Source of the DNA: a virus
Strand: one strand, 5' to 3'
Virus record (IMG/VR): IMGVR_UViG_3300020469_000021
Span: 40,957 to 104,956 of that record
Length of the DNA: 64,000 nt
The notes under the pieces were generated by a model. That model was not told the DNA's origin. It was given only the letters and a program-made list of their open reading frames with translations, and made no database searches. Below, one piece after another: positions 63,531 to 64,000 of this stretch. The first letter of the stretch is position 1. Each line of letters begins with the position of its first letter. The position numbers were made by a program, and so were the translations under genes.

Positions 63531-64000
63531 TTACTCGCTCTTAATTGCAACAAACTTGATTTTCCAAGTCTGAGCCTGACCAGCCGAATCGGTGGCAGGT
63601 ATAGGACCTGAGAAGTGGAATGTTACATTATTAGCATCAATAGCTCCTTGTTGAATTGCAACAATTTGCGCGTTCTCAGAAGACGAGTGCAAAGTAGCAA
63701 TAACTACTGCATTTGCATCTTGACCGTGAGCAAACGTTTTGCTTGTAGAAGCAGCGGCTACGACGAACTCTCCAGATTTTGTCTCATTATCAAGACCGTT
63801 AATAACGCTCTTTCTAAGAGAATTTTCCAATCCAAGAGCACTCACACGAGTGGAGTTCTCAAGACCAGCGGCGCTGATACGAGTGGAGTTCTCAAGAGAA
63901 GCAGCGCTCACACGAGTGGAGTTCTCAAGACCAGCAGCACTCACACGAGTGGAGTTCTCAAGACCTGCAGCACTCTTACGAGTGGAGTTCTCAAGACCTG
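63531..64000 (-). CDS. C-terminal part of a repeat-containing fibre-like protein (start outside window)
   Basis: Frame open to 64000; 11-aa repeats GLENSTRVSAA followed by a beta-rich terminal domain. Confidence 0.7.
   Translation of the reverse strand, partial: GLENSTRKSAAGLENSTRVSAAGLENSTRVSAASLENSTRISAAGLENSTRVSALGLENSLRKSVINGLDNETKSGEFVVAAASTSKTFAHGQDANAVVIATLHSSSENAQIVAIQQGAIDANNVTFHFSGPIPATDSAGQAQTWKIKFVAIKSE
63812..64000 (-). repeat. 33-bp tandem repeat (at least 5 units plus one degenerate)
   Basis: GAGTGGAGTTCTCAAGA recurs every 33 bp from about 63848. Confidence 0.95.

Noticed and set aside
1-64000. Stop-codon recoding as the cause of the many short ORFs
   Set aside because: Long conserved genes are intact in code 11, and short ORFs tile with TAA/TAG/TGA stops coupled to the next start

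Overview
A 64-kb AT-rich segment of a large lytic dsDNA tailed phage (Caudoviricetes); the host cannot be identified from sequence alone. 1-33 kb is a dense + strand tract of mostly small hypothetical genes. It also carries glycan/methyl-transferases, tRNA-Thr(UGU), a cytidylyltransferase, a macro domain, a RuvB-like ATPase, an ATP-dependent DNA ligase, UvsE, SprT and rIIA/rIIB. 32.8-33.5 kb is a promoter-driven, ORF-free structured ncRNA locus. 34.3-46.5 kb is an early-type region of short genes in two convergent arms, partitioned by eleven copies of a 67-bp element: a 25-bp palindromic double IHF-consensus arm, a 17-bp GC core and a second arm. This region also holds a tRNA-like RNA with a ~42-nt anticodon-loop insertion. 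46.9-64 kb holds PhoH, a GT29 sialyltransferase-like gene, a probable lysis cassette, a phage sigma factor, an ERCC4 nuclease, and the head module (TerL, portal, protease/scaffold, decoration, major capsid). A J-domain protein and a repeat fibre gene running off the window end the segment. The best candidate for an undescribed system is the IHF-core-IHF cassette array. It may be linked to the apparent absence of CCAG/CTGG/CCGG/CCTGA over ~28 kb, since those words sit in the element cores. All calls are by eye from motifs; no searches were run.
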